A stretch of 64,000 bases of DNA from Seison nebaliae (taxonomy: Eukaryota): contig JALJEE010000106.1 of NCBI GenBank assembly GCA_023231475.1, positions 1-64,000 of the forward strand, given 5' to 3'. Made by a program: the position numbers and the translations under genes. Shown here in pieces: positions 13,423 to 25,008 of this stretch. Position 1 is the stretch's first letter. The number at the start of each line of letters is the position of its first letter. The notes beneath the pieces were generated by a model. The model worked only from the letters and a program-made list of their open reading frames with translations. It searched no databases and had not been told where the DNA came from.

Positions 13423-16400
13423 ATGAGTGAGAATCGTGAGAAGTTGTTATTTCTGTTAGAGGATTTATCCGAATGTTATAATGGAACTTTGAGATCAACT
13501 GATATTAGTAAAAATGTCGATTATGTGATGAATGTGACGAGCAGTTCAAATATGAAAATTGATGAAAATCAATGGATCCAGATGTATCTGGTAGAGATGA
13601 AGGAGGATGAGGAGAAGAAAGAGAAAATTATAAAAATCTTCTCTAAATTGGACGATGCTTTCCCACCAGAATATTTATCGAAATTATTCAAATTTTTATG
13701 GTTACTTCGAAATTCGTCGTCGAATTTGAATCGATCGACGACTCATCTTTCCTCCAAATCCAAAGACGAAATAAACGATCGACCGAATGAATCGAATATT
13801 AACAAATCAACTTCACTCATGAACATAATGAAAAAGAAAAGAATCAGTAACAATAACAATAATAACAACAACAACAATAGTAATAATTATTTATCGTCGT
13901 CATCATCGATGAATTATGATAATCGATATCGATCAATGTCTGGATTGTCGTCGACGAAACAATCCTTCAATCTACTCGATAATTCCGCAACTTATTGTAT
14001 GAGATTACAAAGGAATCTCTTATCATCATCTCCATTGTATGTGAATAAGGAGAATGTGAAATGTATGGAAATTTGGTCGAGATTTATTCGATTATCGTTA
14101 GATGTGGAACGGGAAGAATTGAGGAATGTGACTTATAATCTCATCGATATACCATCATCATCTTATCAGTCGTCAACTGGACGATTATTACCGTCGATGC
14201 GATTGAAACAATTGATACAGAATGAGAGAAATGAAACCATCACAAAATCATCAGAATTTCAAAATTTGATTTCATCAGTCGATTTAGATATTTATCATAA
14301 TTGTTGGAGGAAACGATTCCAATTAATTCCGCAATTAACGGAACAAATTCATCAATTCCTTCGGAACGAACATCATTCACTTTATGTTCAGGCATTGCAA
14401 CAATTTATCGAGGAGGAATTGATGAAATTTCGATCATTAGTCGCATCTCTTCAACGAGGTCTCTTACCACCACATCCTCATTTGACGTTTATTCGAATGC
14501 GATTAATTCTCGTTGATGCTATTGTGGAATTGAGAATACTTTTAAAAATCATCAAATTATTTCCGGAGAAGAATCTTCTGACTAATTTGTATGAGATGAT
14601 GGAGAATGAAATTAACATTCTTTCAAAACGTCTCATCGAACGAGCATTATTGGCAGCGATGCATCCTTTGTACAAGATGACGAACGAATGGATAAGAAAC
14701 GGTCAATTTTCAGATATTTATAAAGAATATTTTATTATTTTTCAAAAATTGGATAACGATCAAATTAAACATGAATTATTAGTGGAGAATATTCCATCAT
14801 TCATCGATCATAATCTCGCACGTTTCATTAAGAAAACAGGAGAGAGTGTTCATTTCTATCGATTATTAACGTCCAATCATCAACTGGTTATGAATGAGAA
14901 CGAATTATTCAACATTCAACAATTCGTTGATGGGAATTTATTGAAAGAATTTCAAATTGAAGATCTTCTTCCCAAATCGTCATATGATAATAAAATTTGG
15001 AGAAAACGAATGATAAAAAATTATGAGAATGAAACAACTCAACTTGATACGACTTTGCCGAATGAAAAAAGAACTTTACATCAGATTTTGAAGGAAATTT
15101 ATCGTACAATGAATCGACAAATAATGAATGTTTTAATTAATGAATATGATATGTTGAATCATTTGAAATTGTTGAAGGCGATTCTGTTGATGGGACAAGG
15201 CGATTTCTCTCATTGTCTCATCGAATTATTGAACGATGAATTGGATAAGAAACGAATCTCTTTATCTCTCGTTCATTTACGACATCGTCTTCATACGGCG
15301 ATTGCGTTGACATTTGATGACGAAGATGTTGCTCGACAACTTTATTCCACTGTTGATGTTCGTCTAATGACGACATCATCGGACGATATTGGATGGAATG
15401 TATTTTCGTTAAGTTATCGATTTTATGATATTCCACTCCAAATGATGTTTCATGAAGAATTGATGATGAAATTTCGACGAATATTTAATTTCCTATGGCG
15501 ATTAAAACGAAGTAATTTCATTCTATCGAAACATTGGCTACTTCATCGATCGATGAAATCACCGTTAGAACGGTTTAAAGAATTTCGTGTAGCTGCTTAC
15601 ATTTCAACCATCGTTCATTCTTCTTTAACATTCTTTCTGAAACAAGTCTCTCGATACATTTTCATGGATATAATTGAATGTGGATGGAATGCTCTTTTCC
15701 GTATCATCATGGAAAAGACGATGGATTGTAACGAATTTATCGATTCTATTCATTTATATTTGAAATTGGTTTGTGAGAAATTAAATATTGATTTCCATTC
15801 ACAATGGCAAAGGAAGATTTCATCTGAATTACGTTGTATTATCGATTTGATCAATGATTATGATCAACTCAATAACCGTTTGATGGAATTGAATAGAAGT
15901 TATGCGAAATTCTATCAAAATCTCGAGAAAGTGAAAGAGAAAGAACGAGAGAATTATGATAAATTGAAAGAGAAGATTAAGACGGCTACTCTTTATCGCT
16001 CCACGTCGCCAATGGTCGATGCTCATGAAAGTCGATCGATCGCCAAACGTCGTAGCGTAACTGATAATGTGGGAAATCTCTCACTCAGAAAATGTGTATC
16101 TACACAAAATCTTCATTTAGATGATTCGTTACCAATAACTCTCTCTCAATTCCCTTCCCATACAACTGATCAATTTAATCAGTCGATTAACATTCCGAAT
16201 AATAACAACAGAAATCGAGCATCGACGGGACATCGAGCATCATATGGTCATGTTCGTAGTCGTTATCGGTCATCATCTCGTGCTCGTTCTCAAATGACAT
16301 CCTCATCAAATACACCGTCACTCTTCCAATTGAAGACGATGGAAAATGTGAATATTCGTGTGCACATCGCCCATTATATCTCAACAGATTATGAACAAGA

Positions 16401-16584
16401 AATCTTTCATAATCTCCAGGAAGAAAAGAAAAAATTTATTCAAGAATTTATTTCACTTAAAGAATGCTTCATCCGATTATCCTCCTCCTATATCAATCAT
16501 TTACGTTCATCATCTTCTGCTGATATCACACTCAAAGGTTTAGTCACGACACTCAATTTTAATAATTTTTATTTTAATTCTTGA
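13423..16584 (+). CDS. TUBGCP3: Gamma-tubulin complex component 3 (Spc98/GCP3), intronless CDS
   Basis: GCP3-type motifs ILLMGQGDFSHCLIELL, DVRLMTTSSDDIGWNVFSLSY and FRRIFNFLWRLKR, plus the C-terminal LNFNNFY. Poly-Asn insertion near the N-terminus. Confidence 0.9.
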   Translation: MSENREKLLFLLEDLSECYNGTLRSTDISKNVDYVMNVTSSSNMKIDENQWIQMYLVEMKEDEEKKEKIIKIFSKLDDAFPPEYLSKLFKFLWLLRNSSSNLNRSTTHLSSKSKDEINDRPNESNINKSTSLMNIMKKKRISNNNNNNNNNNSNNYLSSSSSMNYDNRYRSMSGLSSTKQSFNLLDNSATYCMRLQRNLLSSSPLYVNKENVKCMEIWSRFIRLSLDVEREELRNVTYNLIDIPSSSYQSSTGRLLPSMRLKQLIQNERNETITKSSEFQNLISSVDLDIYHNCWRKRFQLIPQLTEQIHQFLRNEHHSLYVQALQQFIEEELMKFRSLVASLQRGLLPPHPHLTFIRMRLILVDAIVELRILLKIIKLFPEKNLLTNLYEMMENEINILSKRLIERALLAAMHPLYKMTNEWIRNGQFSDIYKEYFIIFQKLDNDQIKHELLVENIPSFIDHNLARFIKKTGESVHFYRLLTSNHQLVMNENELFNIQQFVDGNLLKEFQIEDLLPKSSYDNKIWRKRMIKNYENETTQLDTTLPNEKRTLHQILKEIYRTMNRQIMNVLINEYDMLNHLKLLKAILLMGQGDFSHCLIELLNDELDKKRISLSLVHLRHRLHTAIALTFDDEDVARQLYSTVDVRLMTTSSDDIGWNVFSLSYRFYDIPLQMMFHEELMMKFRRIFNFLWRLKRSNFILSKHWLLHRSMKSPLERFKEFRVAAYISTIVHSSLTFFLKQVSRYIFMDIIECGWNALFRIIMEKTMDCNEFIDSIHLYLKLVCEKLNIDFHSQWQRKISSELRCIIDLINDYDQLNNRLMELNRSYAKFYQNLEKVKEKERENYDKLKEKIKTATLYRSTSPMVDAHESRSIAKRRSVTDNVGNLSLRKCVSTQNLHLDDSLPITLSQFPSHTTDQFNQSINIPNNNNRNRASTGHRASYGHVRSRYRSSSRARSQMTSSSNTPSLFQLKTMENVNIRVHIAHYISTDYEQEIFHNLQEEKKKFIQEFISLKECFIRLSSSYINHLRSSSSADITLKGLVTTLNFNNFYFNS

Positions 16585-17135
16585 TCATCTCAAATCTCAT
16601 CAACGAAACTTTTTCAAAATTCACTTCTATTTTATATCTCATTCAAAGATTTCTATTTTCGTCGCATTCTAAATAAAATTAACAACATCAAATTATCAGA
16701 TAACGACTCAGATTCCTGATAATTTAAAGTTTTAAAAATTATAGAAAAATTTCATTAAAACTTTTACTCAAATTCAAAAAAATTTGTTGAAAAAAAAATT
16801 GAAAGAAAATGTCGTTAATTTATAAGAATTTGTTTTAAAATTTAGAAATTTTAAAATTAGAAATTGTTTATTGAGTAATAAAAGAGTTGTTCTATAATCA
16901 AACTGGAAGAAAGTAGAAAATTCTTAATGTTTTGAAAGAATTTTTGAAAGTTATAATGTTTTGTTGAACTCTTCTAATTGGATTGGATTTGAAATTGATA
17001 AAAGATAAAGTTGCAGTTAATAAATAGTAATTGATAAATGTATAGCGATAATGGGGATGGCCAATAATTATAAGAATAGTAAAATGTAAAAATATACAAA
17101 AAAATTAATATTAATTCCTAAAGAGAAAGTTGATG

Positions 17136-19730
17136 TCAATCAGTTTCAACAATTCCAAACAAATACAAATCACGTAATGTATCATAAGATACGACTTTCC
17201 TCATAACATTTCCCCCACAATCATTTTCTGGTAGACGTTTCGCTAGTGGCAATACAAATCTTGTCGCTCTCTCTCTACTTTCTTTGCAGTGGATCAATAT
17301 ATGAATTACGGCGTCTAATGTCATTAATCCGTTTCTCACAAACTTTGTTGCATAAGTCGCCAATCGATCATCTAATAATTCGCTCGCTCTTCTCGTGAAC
17401 GCCAAAAGATTATGACGATTAATCTCATTGTTATTAACTTCGTTAATTCTCGGATTGGTGGAATTGTAATAGCCACTATGAAAAGCATGATATGATGTTT
17501 GATGAGCTTTATTCGCTTTCAATAATAATTGGAGTGAACGATTAAACGTTCGATCAAATTCTCGATCAGAAAGTTCTTTGTTCGTTCCATATTTCTCTTC
17601 TAACGTCTGATAAGTTCCTGATTTGTCTGTTGGTTCTTGAAAGTTACTATTGGAGTTGGAAACGTTTCTTCTACATTTGAATTCGGTGAGAGCATCAACA
17701 TTCTCCAAACTACGTCTCATTGAGTTGGTGGTGAGATGTTTTAATATCTCCCTAAATTGGGAAATATGAATGAAATCGTCAGAGTCTGTGTCATAATCAC
17801 CGAAATTATTGGCGAGTGTTATAAAGGGCGCTAAGAATGTCGCAGGAAGCAATTCGTCGTGACTATGTAACCAAGCAGCTGTAACTACGTTGGAATAAGA
17901 GGTATCAGATTTCTTCGACTTCGACTCTTTTAACTTTCTCCTCATATTCTCCTCGGTCCTGTCATTTATTCGACTTTCCACTTCTCGTATCGTCGCATCG
18001 AGTATTTGTGATGTTCTCTTCATTTCCTTTCTCTCATTCACAAATTTCGTATCAACAGATGTTCGTTGAAATGCATTTTCAACAGAGAATGAATCATTTC
18101 CATTTTTCGAATAACCATCAGAAGAAGAGAAACCGGTTTGAGGAAGAGCAGTTAGAGATCTATCATAAAACGAGTGCCTATTTTGGTTGAGGTGAGAATG
18201 TGAAGAATTTTGATTAATAAAATGACTTTTCTTCAAATCCGTTGAAGATGTTGAATTATCATGAAAATTTTTTTCATCTTCGTTAAGCATCGAAGCGTGT
18301 GCAAGAGGACTAGTGGAAGCGATAGAAGAAAAACGGTAACTAGACACATTATTACCTCCACGAAGGTTAGCTAAAGTCTCTTCGGCGGTTTTGCCTTTAT
18401 ACTGCGAACCGGTATTGGTAGTCGGATGGTGGTCAGAATGAAAAGTCGATCCTCCAATCGAACAATTTACATCGCGAGAATTAAGCTTATTTCCCTTTGA
18501 TGGTGTATCGTCGTGAGTACTCGTCTTCGTCTCATAATGTACTCGTTTTACTGTCAATTCATTATTGTCCTTCAATTGAAATGAGTGAGAAGTGGAAGAA
18601 GCATTTTCATTAATGTTTAATTTTTTGATTGGCATTTCTTCGAAATAAATTTTTGAATTGGAATTTTCTGACAAATTTGCCGCGTGAAAATTCAATGATG
18701 GGGAGGACGTTAACAATTGATTGATTGATGATGGAGATGGTGATAATGGAGTAACATTAATTAGTTTTCTGTCCAAATAATTTAACGACGTGTTGTATGT
18801 TGACATAGATGATGGCTGTTTCAATAAACATTCTCGCGATTTATCTTGTGATTTATCTGAGAATTTTGTTGATGATTCAATTATCGATTTTCTCATTTCT
18901 CCATTGTTGGTAGGTGAGAGAATATTTGTCTTCTTACCAATTTCATGATGTGATACATTCAATAACGACTTATTGTTCGTCTCCTTAATTGGTTGTCGAA
19001 TGTAAACTTCTTCTTTCTCATAAGTCGGTTCTAATTTGTTGTTGAAAGATATGAGATTTCTATTGTTCCTCATATGAGTTGTTGAGGATGAAGGAGAAAT
19101 GATATTTCCCAAAGTAGAACATGTAGTTGTAGATTGATGGAATGAATTTCGATTATCAAGTTCATTGAAATTCCCTTCGTTCCTGTAGTTGAGACCAAGG
19201 TTTCCTATTGTTCTCGAACTCTTCATCGACGACGAATTGTCGGATGTGATCAAACTGGGACGTGAAGAGATGTTGGAGATATACGGTCTCCTCATAGAAT
19301 CAGACGAGAATTTGAATTTACTTGTGAGTAATTCATTAGATGTGTTCGATTTTCCCATTGTTCGGTTGGTGAGAGAATGTGATGGAAATTGAAAAGAATT
19401 CAATTTAGAAGGAACTCTCAATAAGTCCGCATAATCTTTAATCGAATTCATAGAATTATGATAATTTTCCGTCGCGAATTGCATCGTCGACGATTTCCCC
19501 ATCGAATTCAATGGACGACGTGGCGATGGTCGATCGTTTGATAAATATGTTCCAATTAAACCACGATCTCCGAACATATCTTGTCTATCACAATACTTTT
19601 CGTAAGGATATGTTATTGGTGGAGTGTTTTCTAATGAATTAACAATATTTACAGACTTCGTTGTTGCTAATTGTTGTGAGGGAAGATAAAGACGATATGG
19701 TTCATCCATTCCATTTCGGACAAGAGGCAT
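17136..19730 (-). CDS. Uncharacterised 864-aa protein: Ser/Asn-rich low-complexity N-terminus and a folded-looking C-terminus with one EF-hand-like loop
   Basis: Intronless 2.6-kb ORF. DYDTDSDDFIHISQFREIL resembles a DxDxD EF-hand loop plus exit helix. Confidence 0.75.
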   Translation of the reverse strand: MPLVRNGMDEPYRLYLPSQQLATTKSVNIVNSLENTPPITYPYEKYCDRQDMFGDRGLIGTYLSNDRPSPRRPLNSMGKSSTMQFATENYHNSMNSIKDYADLLRVPSKLNSFQFPSHSLTNRTMGKSNTSNELLTSKFKFSSDSMRRPYISNISSRPSLITSDNSSSMKSSRTIGNLGLNYRNEGNFNELDNRNSFHQSTTTCSTLGNIISPSSSTTHMRNNRNLISFNNKLEPTYEKEEVYIRQPIKETNNKSLLNVSHHEIGKKTNILSPTNNGEMRKSIIESSTKFSDKSQDKSRECLLKQPSSMSTYNTSLNYLDRKLINVTPLSPSPSSINQLLTSSPSLNFHAANLSENSNSKIYFEEMPIKKLNINENASSTSHSFQLKDNNELTVKRVHYETKTSTHDDTPSKGNKLNSRDVNCSIGGSTFHSDHHPTTNTGSQYKGKTAEETLANLRGGNNVSSYRFSSIASTSPLAHASMLNEDEKNFHDNSTSSTDLKKSHFINQNSSHSHLNQNRHSFYDRSLTALPQTGFSSSDGYSKNGNDSFSVENAFQRTSVDTKFVNERKEMKRTSQILDATIREVESRINDRTEENMRRKLKESKSKKSDTSYSNVVTAAWLHSHDELLPATFLAPFITLANNFGDYDTDSDDFIHISQFREILKHLTTNSMRRSLENVDALTEFKCRRNVSNSNSNFQEPTDKSGTYQTLEEKYGTNKELSDREFDRTFNRSLQLLLKANKAHQTSYHAFHSGYYNSTNPRINEVNNNEINRHNLLAFTRRASELLDDRLATYATKFVRNGLMTLDAVIHILIHCKESRERATRFVLPLAKRLPENDCGGNVMRKVVSYDTLRDLYLFGIVETD

Positions 19731-22255
19731 GTTTCTCTTATTATTCCTTTTTAATTAGTTCGATGTTGTTATTGTTGAAGGAATAATGATTGACGTTCAC
19801 TTCGAAATGACCTTGTTCATTTGTTAACGTCCTGTAACTATAATAGTCCACTGATGAGTTGGATGGTGGTGGAGTTTGATGTTTCTGATATTTCACTAAT
19901 TTCCTCCTCCACAAATTCCTCGAATGTTTTCAAAATTTTAAATTAGATATCAATCAATATGGTCCTGGGAGAATGTTCACTCTCCGCAAATTGTTTTCCT
20001 TTTATGAAAGGAAGCCAAATTGAAAATGATGATGAGACTGATGATGGTATTTCTATTGATGACGATAAATATGAATTCGTCAGGCGACTATTCAATGACG
20101 ACTGACCTTGTTGTTCGTTGATGAAACTTTCCACATTATTTTATGAAGGTAATTTTAGTGATTTTAACTGTTCAACCTTTTGAGATCTCTCATTCACACT
20201 CGAATGTTTTTGAGGAAACTTATCTATAAAAAATGGCAATGGAAAAATGTTCTCTCGAGGGAGTAAACAATTCAATCCACTCTTTCTTTCCTCACTCTTA
20301 TTCTTTTAATGTTCCCCACTTATCTTCACACGAATTTCTAAGTGTGAATTTCTCGTTTCAAAATTACCGTTTACAATTTAACCAATGATGAATGATGAAA
20401 GATGTTTGTGAAGATAATTATGATTTGCAATCAATGGAGCATTTACTTGTAGTTCCAATGTCCGAATTGTAGCGTTAGGACAGATTGTATCGAAACTTAA
20501 TCCAAACGACCTTCACTATTATTGATATATTATCCTCAAAATAATTTATTCAATTAATCAATATTTAGTGACGATCGTAAATAAAGAATTTCAAATTGCA
20601 GATAAGAATCTAGAAAAAAAATCTGTTTGAACAAATCGAATGATAATATTTGTGATATTACAATAGATTAACTTCTTAATTTGCCTTATTTCCACCAACA
20701 ATCCGATTGTGATATATGAACGACAACAATTTGTCCCATTTAATGGCGAAATAAACGAATATGAACATTTTCACACTTTTCCCACTCGTCGGAATTCCCA
20801 GTTCATCAAAAGCATTATCGTTCCTAAAAGATCTCCGATTTATTTCCCAAAATCGAAATTTTAAAACGAAGAACTTTGTTAGATTTGTTGTCTGATAAGA
20901 AGAACGACGATTTTGTTTGGTTTTCTTCTTATATTCGTATTGGATGGACGTTTGTATGAATAAACAATCCGATATTCACAAATTGGAGTTAGCAGAAGAA
21001 TTATGAGGAGGTGGCCGACCTTGAATACATATAGATGATCAAAAAATGCGTTCACATTATGAAAAGAGATTCCGTCAATTGATTTATCATATTCTCTTAA
21101 TCTGTTATCAATTTGCGCTATAAAATTTTATTGTGGAAGAAAATTCTTGTGAAAATTAATATAAGACGAAATTGAATAAACAAAATAACACTAAACTGAA
21201 ATTACTGGAATTACTAGATATTATAAATTAGTCACGTAAAATTAATCGGAAATTCATTCCCGTCAAGTGAGTTTAATTTTCAGGAATAAAGGTCAACAGC
21301 GGAATGACCTTCAATCTTTGTTGATAAATTTATTTTATTTGGACGATAATTCGTTATCTCTTCACATTCGTTTTATTTCATTTTTTTTATAATTCTTTTC
21401 CCATTACAATAGGGAATAAGTGAGAAAGAATCATCGAATCTGATTAGAAATACTTTTTGCTCTAGAATTGATATATTTTTATTTTTCGGTTACATTTGAG
21501 GTAAGTTGGTAAGTGTTGGCACTGATTATTTACTTAATGGAATATTATTAAATTATGATTCCTGAATGTCTTTTGTACCATCGATCGATAAATGACCTTC
21601 ACCACCATCATCGATGGAAATTGAACAACTGTTACTGTCATAACTGATTTGTCGTTGAGCAAATATAGTCATAAAAAATGAAATTATTCATAACGTTCTG
21701 TCTTTTATGTGGACTTCAGTTCATTACCTCAAAACTCCATTATTTGAAAAATATTTTTTATCTGTGACATTTTTTCCATCGGTCATTATTTTCAAGACTA
21801 ACTTTACACTCATGAAGGTTCTGTTACATTTTTTTCTTAGGAAAATATTTACATCAGAAAACTGGGAGAAAATGATTAAGTAATCCCAAGTTGGAATAAC
21901 AGATTAAGATGAATTGGTCCAATTTAGTAAATATACCGTTTATGGAAAATGATGGAGCGAAAAAATCCTCGAAATACTTTAGAGTTCTATTCAATGAACG
22001 GTCATTCTGATATATTAAAAACGGTAATTCTGATATATTAAAAATGGTGGTTGAAATGACGAACAGAATTGTATAACTTTTGTGACCTTCAAATTTTTCT
22101 TTAACAATTTTTAAAGTTAACATATTGAAAATCGTCAATTTTAGATGAAACTTTTTCATTTTACCTCATACTGCCCAAATTGAGAGTATTCAATTCATCC
22201 ACTATCAAATGTGTTTTATCCATGATATCTTACATTAGAATTATTGTTATAATTA

Positions 22256-22500
22256 TTTTTTTTTTTTGAAAGCCCAATATGGGCAATTGAATATTGTTTG
22301 AGTGATCTCCTTGCTTACGGTCAGTGATAGGAGACCTCTACTTCTCGTGAGACGTCTGTCTCAATCGTTGTGACGTTGGGAACGTCAATAGACCACGGCG
22401 CAACGCACGCTCCAATATAATTTTTCGTATCGAATGCAGAGTACATTGTTTCGCTTAAATGCGTTGAACGTGCGTAGATCACTGCGCTACGCAAAAATAT
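22256..22500 (-). mobile_element. Candidate SINE / structured RNA-derived insertion
   Basis: GC-richer island with at least 5 hairpins. On the - strand it has an A-box-like TAGCGCAGTGA (22479-22489) and B-box-like GTTCAACGC (22461-22469) or ATTCGATAC (22427-22435). It ends in a GCCCA-TAT-TGGGC stem-loop (22272-22284) and an A12 tail (22256-22267). No clear target-site duplication. Confidence 0.5.
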
Positions 22501-22676
22501 GACGTTGAAATTAGTTTAGAAAGATAGTAAATAAAAAACCAAACCGTTGAGATAAGGAGCTTTTTTTTGTTTTCTTTAATTTAATTTTTCTTAAAGTGAC
22601 TACTGATTTGGTTAGCACAGAATTTTCTTGTTTTATTTCTTTATTCCACTTTTTTATAGTTCTTCACATTTGGAAT

Positions 22677-23621
22677 ATGAATGAAACTCACTTGAGGAAA
22701 TCGTCAGAAATTCAACCTCATAAGGTACATCAATTAATAGAACATTTTGAGGGATCATCAGATGTTAGTGAAAAGGAGACATGTGATCAGAAAGCTCTGA
22801 TAAAATGTTCGTCAGAATATTGTTTAAAAAGAATGAACTTTCTACGTGAATTATCAAACAATCAATATGGAGAATGTAGACAAGCTGAACAAAATCATTA
22901 TCGATTAACCATAAGTCCAGTAAATGATTGCATCTCGGAAAGTCCTCCTTCTCAAATGTCGGGCGATAAACCGGTTTTTAAGAATAAAGTTACTAAAATT
23001 CTTGCTGAATCAAATTCCGCAATGAAAACTTCTAATAATAGTCAAGTTTCATTAACGTATTTGGATCAGTCCACAGATTATATTCCTGAACATGATATAA
23101 ATTCTCCATACGGAGCGCCAATTTATGATAAGAGCATTCCTGTTGATATACCAACTATCAGATCTGAAATTTCAGTTATAAACAATTTTGAGAATGTTGA
23201 CGAAACAATAGAATGTCGAATAATTTATCCGGAACAAATCAAACAAGAGACGAGTGTCTGTTATTCAAATGATTTGGAAGAAACACAAAATCAAATTTTG
23301 AGAATGAATTCGTTAAATGAAAGAACTGAAAACTGCTTAACAGAATCACATATCAGTATCAGAAATAATTTTGTATCCACTTCCAGTTTTAACGAAATTC
23401 CAATGCGGTCATTCGTTATTCCAGAACCACCTCCAAATCCCCTAGTTCAATTTCAAAATTATATCAAGAGTTTCTTTACCTTCACCAAAACGGATAGTTG
23501 TTCAACTATGAATATATTTGAGACAACAAAACCCAAACGAATTGGTTGGACTAAAGTACGAAGATTTTTTTCAGACTTATTTTCCAAAATTCGAACATGG
23601 CGAACTCCTTCAACTTTATAA
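22677..23621 (+). CDS. Uncharacterised ~314-aa protein with a spliced 5' UTR
   Basis: Long ORF. The part of the ORF-track call upstream of ATG 22677 contains a typical GTT...TAG intron (22611-22659), so ATG 22677 is the more likely start. Amphipathic basic C-terminus (WTKVRRFFSDLFSKIRTWR). Confidence 0.65.
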   Translation: MNETHLRKSSEIQPHKVHQLIEHFEGSSDVSEKETCDQKALIKCSSEYCLKRMNFLRELSNNQYGECRQAEQNHYRLTISPVNDCISESPPSQMSGDKPVFKNKVTKILAESNSAMKTSNNSQVSLTYLDQSTDYIPEHDINSPYGAPIYDKSIPVDIPTIRSEISVINNFENVDETIECRIIYPEQIKQETSVCYSNDLEETQNQILRMNSLNERTENCLTESHISIRNNFVSTSSFNEIPMRSFVIPEPPPNPLVQFQNYIKSFFTFTKTDSCSTMNIFETTKPKRIGWTKVRRFFSDLFSKIRTWRTPSTL

Positions 23622-24081
23622 TTATTTTCCCTATCAAATATTCATCGATTCCAATAAAATATCTTCAAAGTGAGAAATTTACAAGCTTTTTCTTAGTTCA
23701 AAAATGGCGAATGAATTTCAAAATTCGAAATAATAAATGAAACAGTTTCAAGTTAAAAGCAATTTTTTGAACATTTTCAATGAACAAACTCATTTTCTTT
23801 CCTTCTAACAAATCTAACAACTGTTTAAAAAGTTTAAAACTTATTATTTAGAAAAGGACTTAAGAAAAATAAATTTTCTTATTTCACATTATAATTGGAA
23901 ATGAATTAATAACAACGAACTAAATAATTTCTACGATTTAATATATTTTTTTGGTAAATTTAGAAAAATATTTCCAAATAAGAAATTAGATTGAAAATTG
24001 TTTATGATAACATTAAGAATAAGATTAATGAAATAGAAAAAGATCTATTCATTTATGAGAATTTGATGAAATGGAAATTGA

Positions 24082-25008
24082 TTATAATCTGCATCTCCGT
24101 TTCTCCGTCGATGATGGTGGATTAATTAATTTACTTCGTTTCTTATTTTCGGGAGAAATATCATATTCCTCAGAAACGAAGATATGTTTTTGCATTGATG
24201 ACAACCACTCGTCGAAATCTTTTCTCGGATCTGTATATTTTCGATATCGTTCTAGCGTAATATTTTCAGTAATATCAACATCCTCACTTTTCATATCATT
24301 TACTTCTAAACGATTTTCCTTACTTTCTTCATTTTTTACCAAATTTGAAATTTCGGCAATCTTCTTCAAATGTTCACATTGATGTGTGAAGAGATCACTA
24401 GGAATTTCTAAATATTTTATAATTTTCTCTTTAGACCATGAACACAATCCAGATTTATTAGTTGGAGCTTGTAAAGAATTGATGACGAAGAGAGCTGACG
24501 CATTTAATAAATTTTTATTCATTTCACCAATATTTCCCCATTTCTCGTAATAAGTTTTCACTAATTTTATGGCATCGGAACGGAGATCAATCATATTGAA
24601 CATGATTGCCAATTCGTCGATAGACATATTGTTATAAATAAGAATGCGTTGTTTCGAATCCTCCATTTTCGTCTCTTCAATTCTTGTCGTTTTATTTGGT
24701 ATCTCATTAGAAATGAATGACTTTCTTAAAAGATTAAAAAGTTTATTGAAATCATTCGCTGGCATTCCCGAACATCGAGTAATCACCGATTTGGATTGTT
24801 TACTTACAACTAAATTTTCCACTTGTAACGAAATTCTAATTGCCGCACAAATATTACCCTGCTCTGTATTTCTCAAATTCATTCTGGAATATTGCTTCAA
24901 CCTCGCATGCACTACATCCAAAATGTTCAATGTCTTCTCCACGAAATTTTTGCTTTTCGATATTCCTGATTTCTCGCAAATCCTTTCAATCTCATTTTGG
25001 TCGTTCAT
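24082..25008 (-). CDS. ORC6: Origin recognition complex subunit 6, intronless CDS
   Basis: Size (308 aa), SIDELAIMF followed by 'AIKLVKTY', and the C-terminal DFDEWLSSM corresponding to the ORC6 D(Y/F)EEWK motif. Confidence 0.78.
   Translation of the reverse strand: MNDQNEIERICEKSGISKSKNFVEKTLNILDVVHARLKQYSRMNLRNTEQGNICAAIRISLQVENLVVSKQSKSVITRCSGMPANDFNKLFNLLRKSFISNEIPNKTTRIEETKMEDSKQRILIYNNMSIDELAIMFNMIDLRSDAIKLVKTYYEKWGNIGEMNKNLLNASALFVINSLQAPTNKSGLCSWSKEKIIKYLEIPSDLFTHQCEHLKKIAEISNLVKNEESKENRLEVNDMKSEDVDITENITLERYRKYTDPRKDFDEWLSSMQKHIFVSEEYDISPENKKRSKLINPPSSTEKRRCRL

Noticed and set aside
19943..20134. 63-aa minus-strand ORF upstream of the 864-aa gene
   Set aside because: Non-ATG start, no homology cues and no in-frame splice found to the main ORF. 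Probably UTR or intergenic.
21495..21520. GGTAAGTTGGTAAGT, reminiscent of a spliced-leader or U1-complementary motif
   Set aside because: Too short, with no convincing Sm site or stem-loops to support an snRNA or SL RNA gene.
22420..22495. Possible tRNA gene or hammerhead ribozyme
   Set aside because: No complete cloverleaf with anticodon and T arms, and no CUGANGA/GAAA core. Kept only as a SINE-like candidate.
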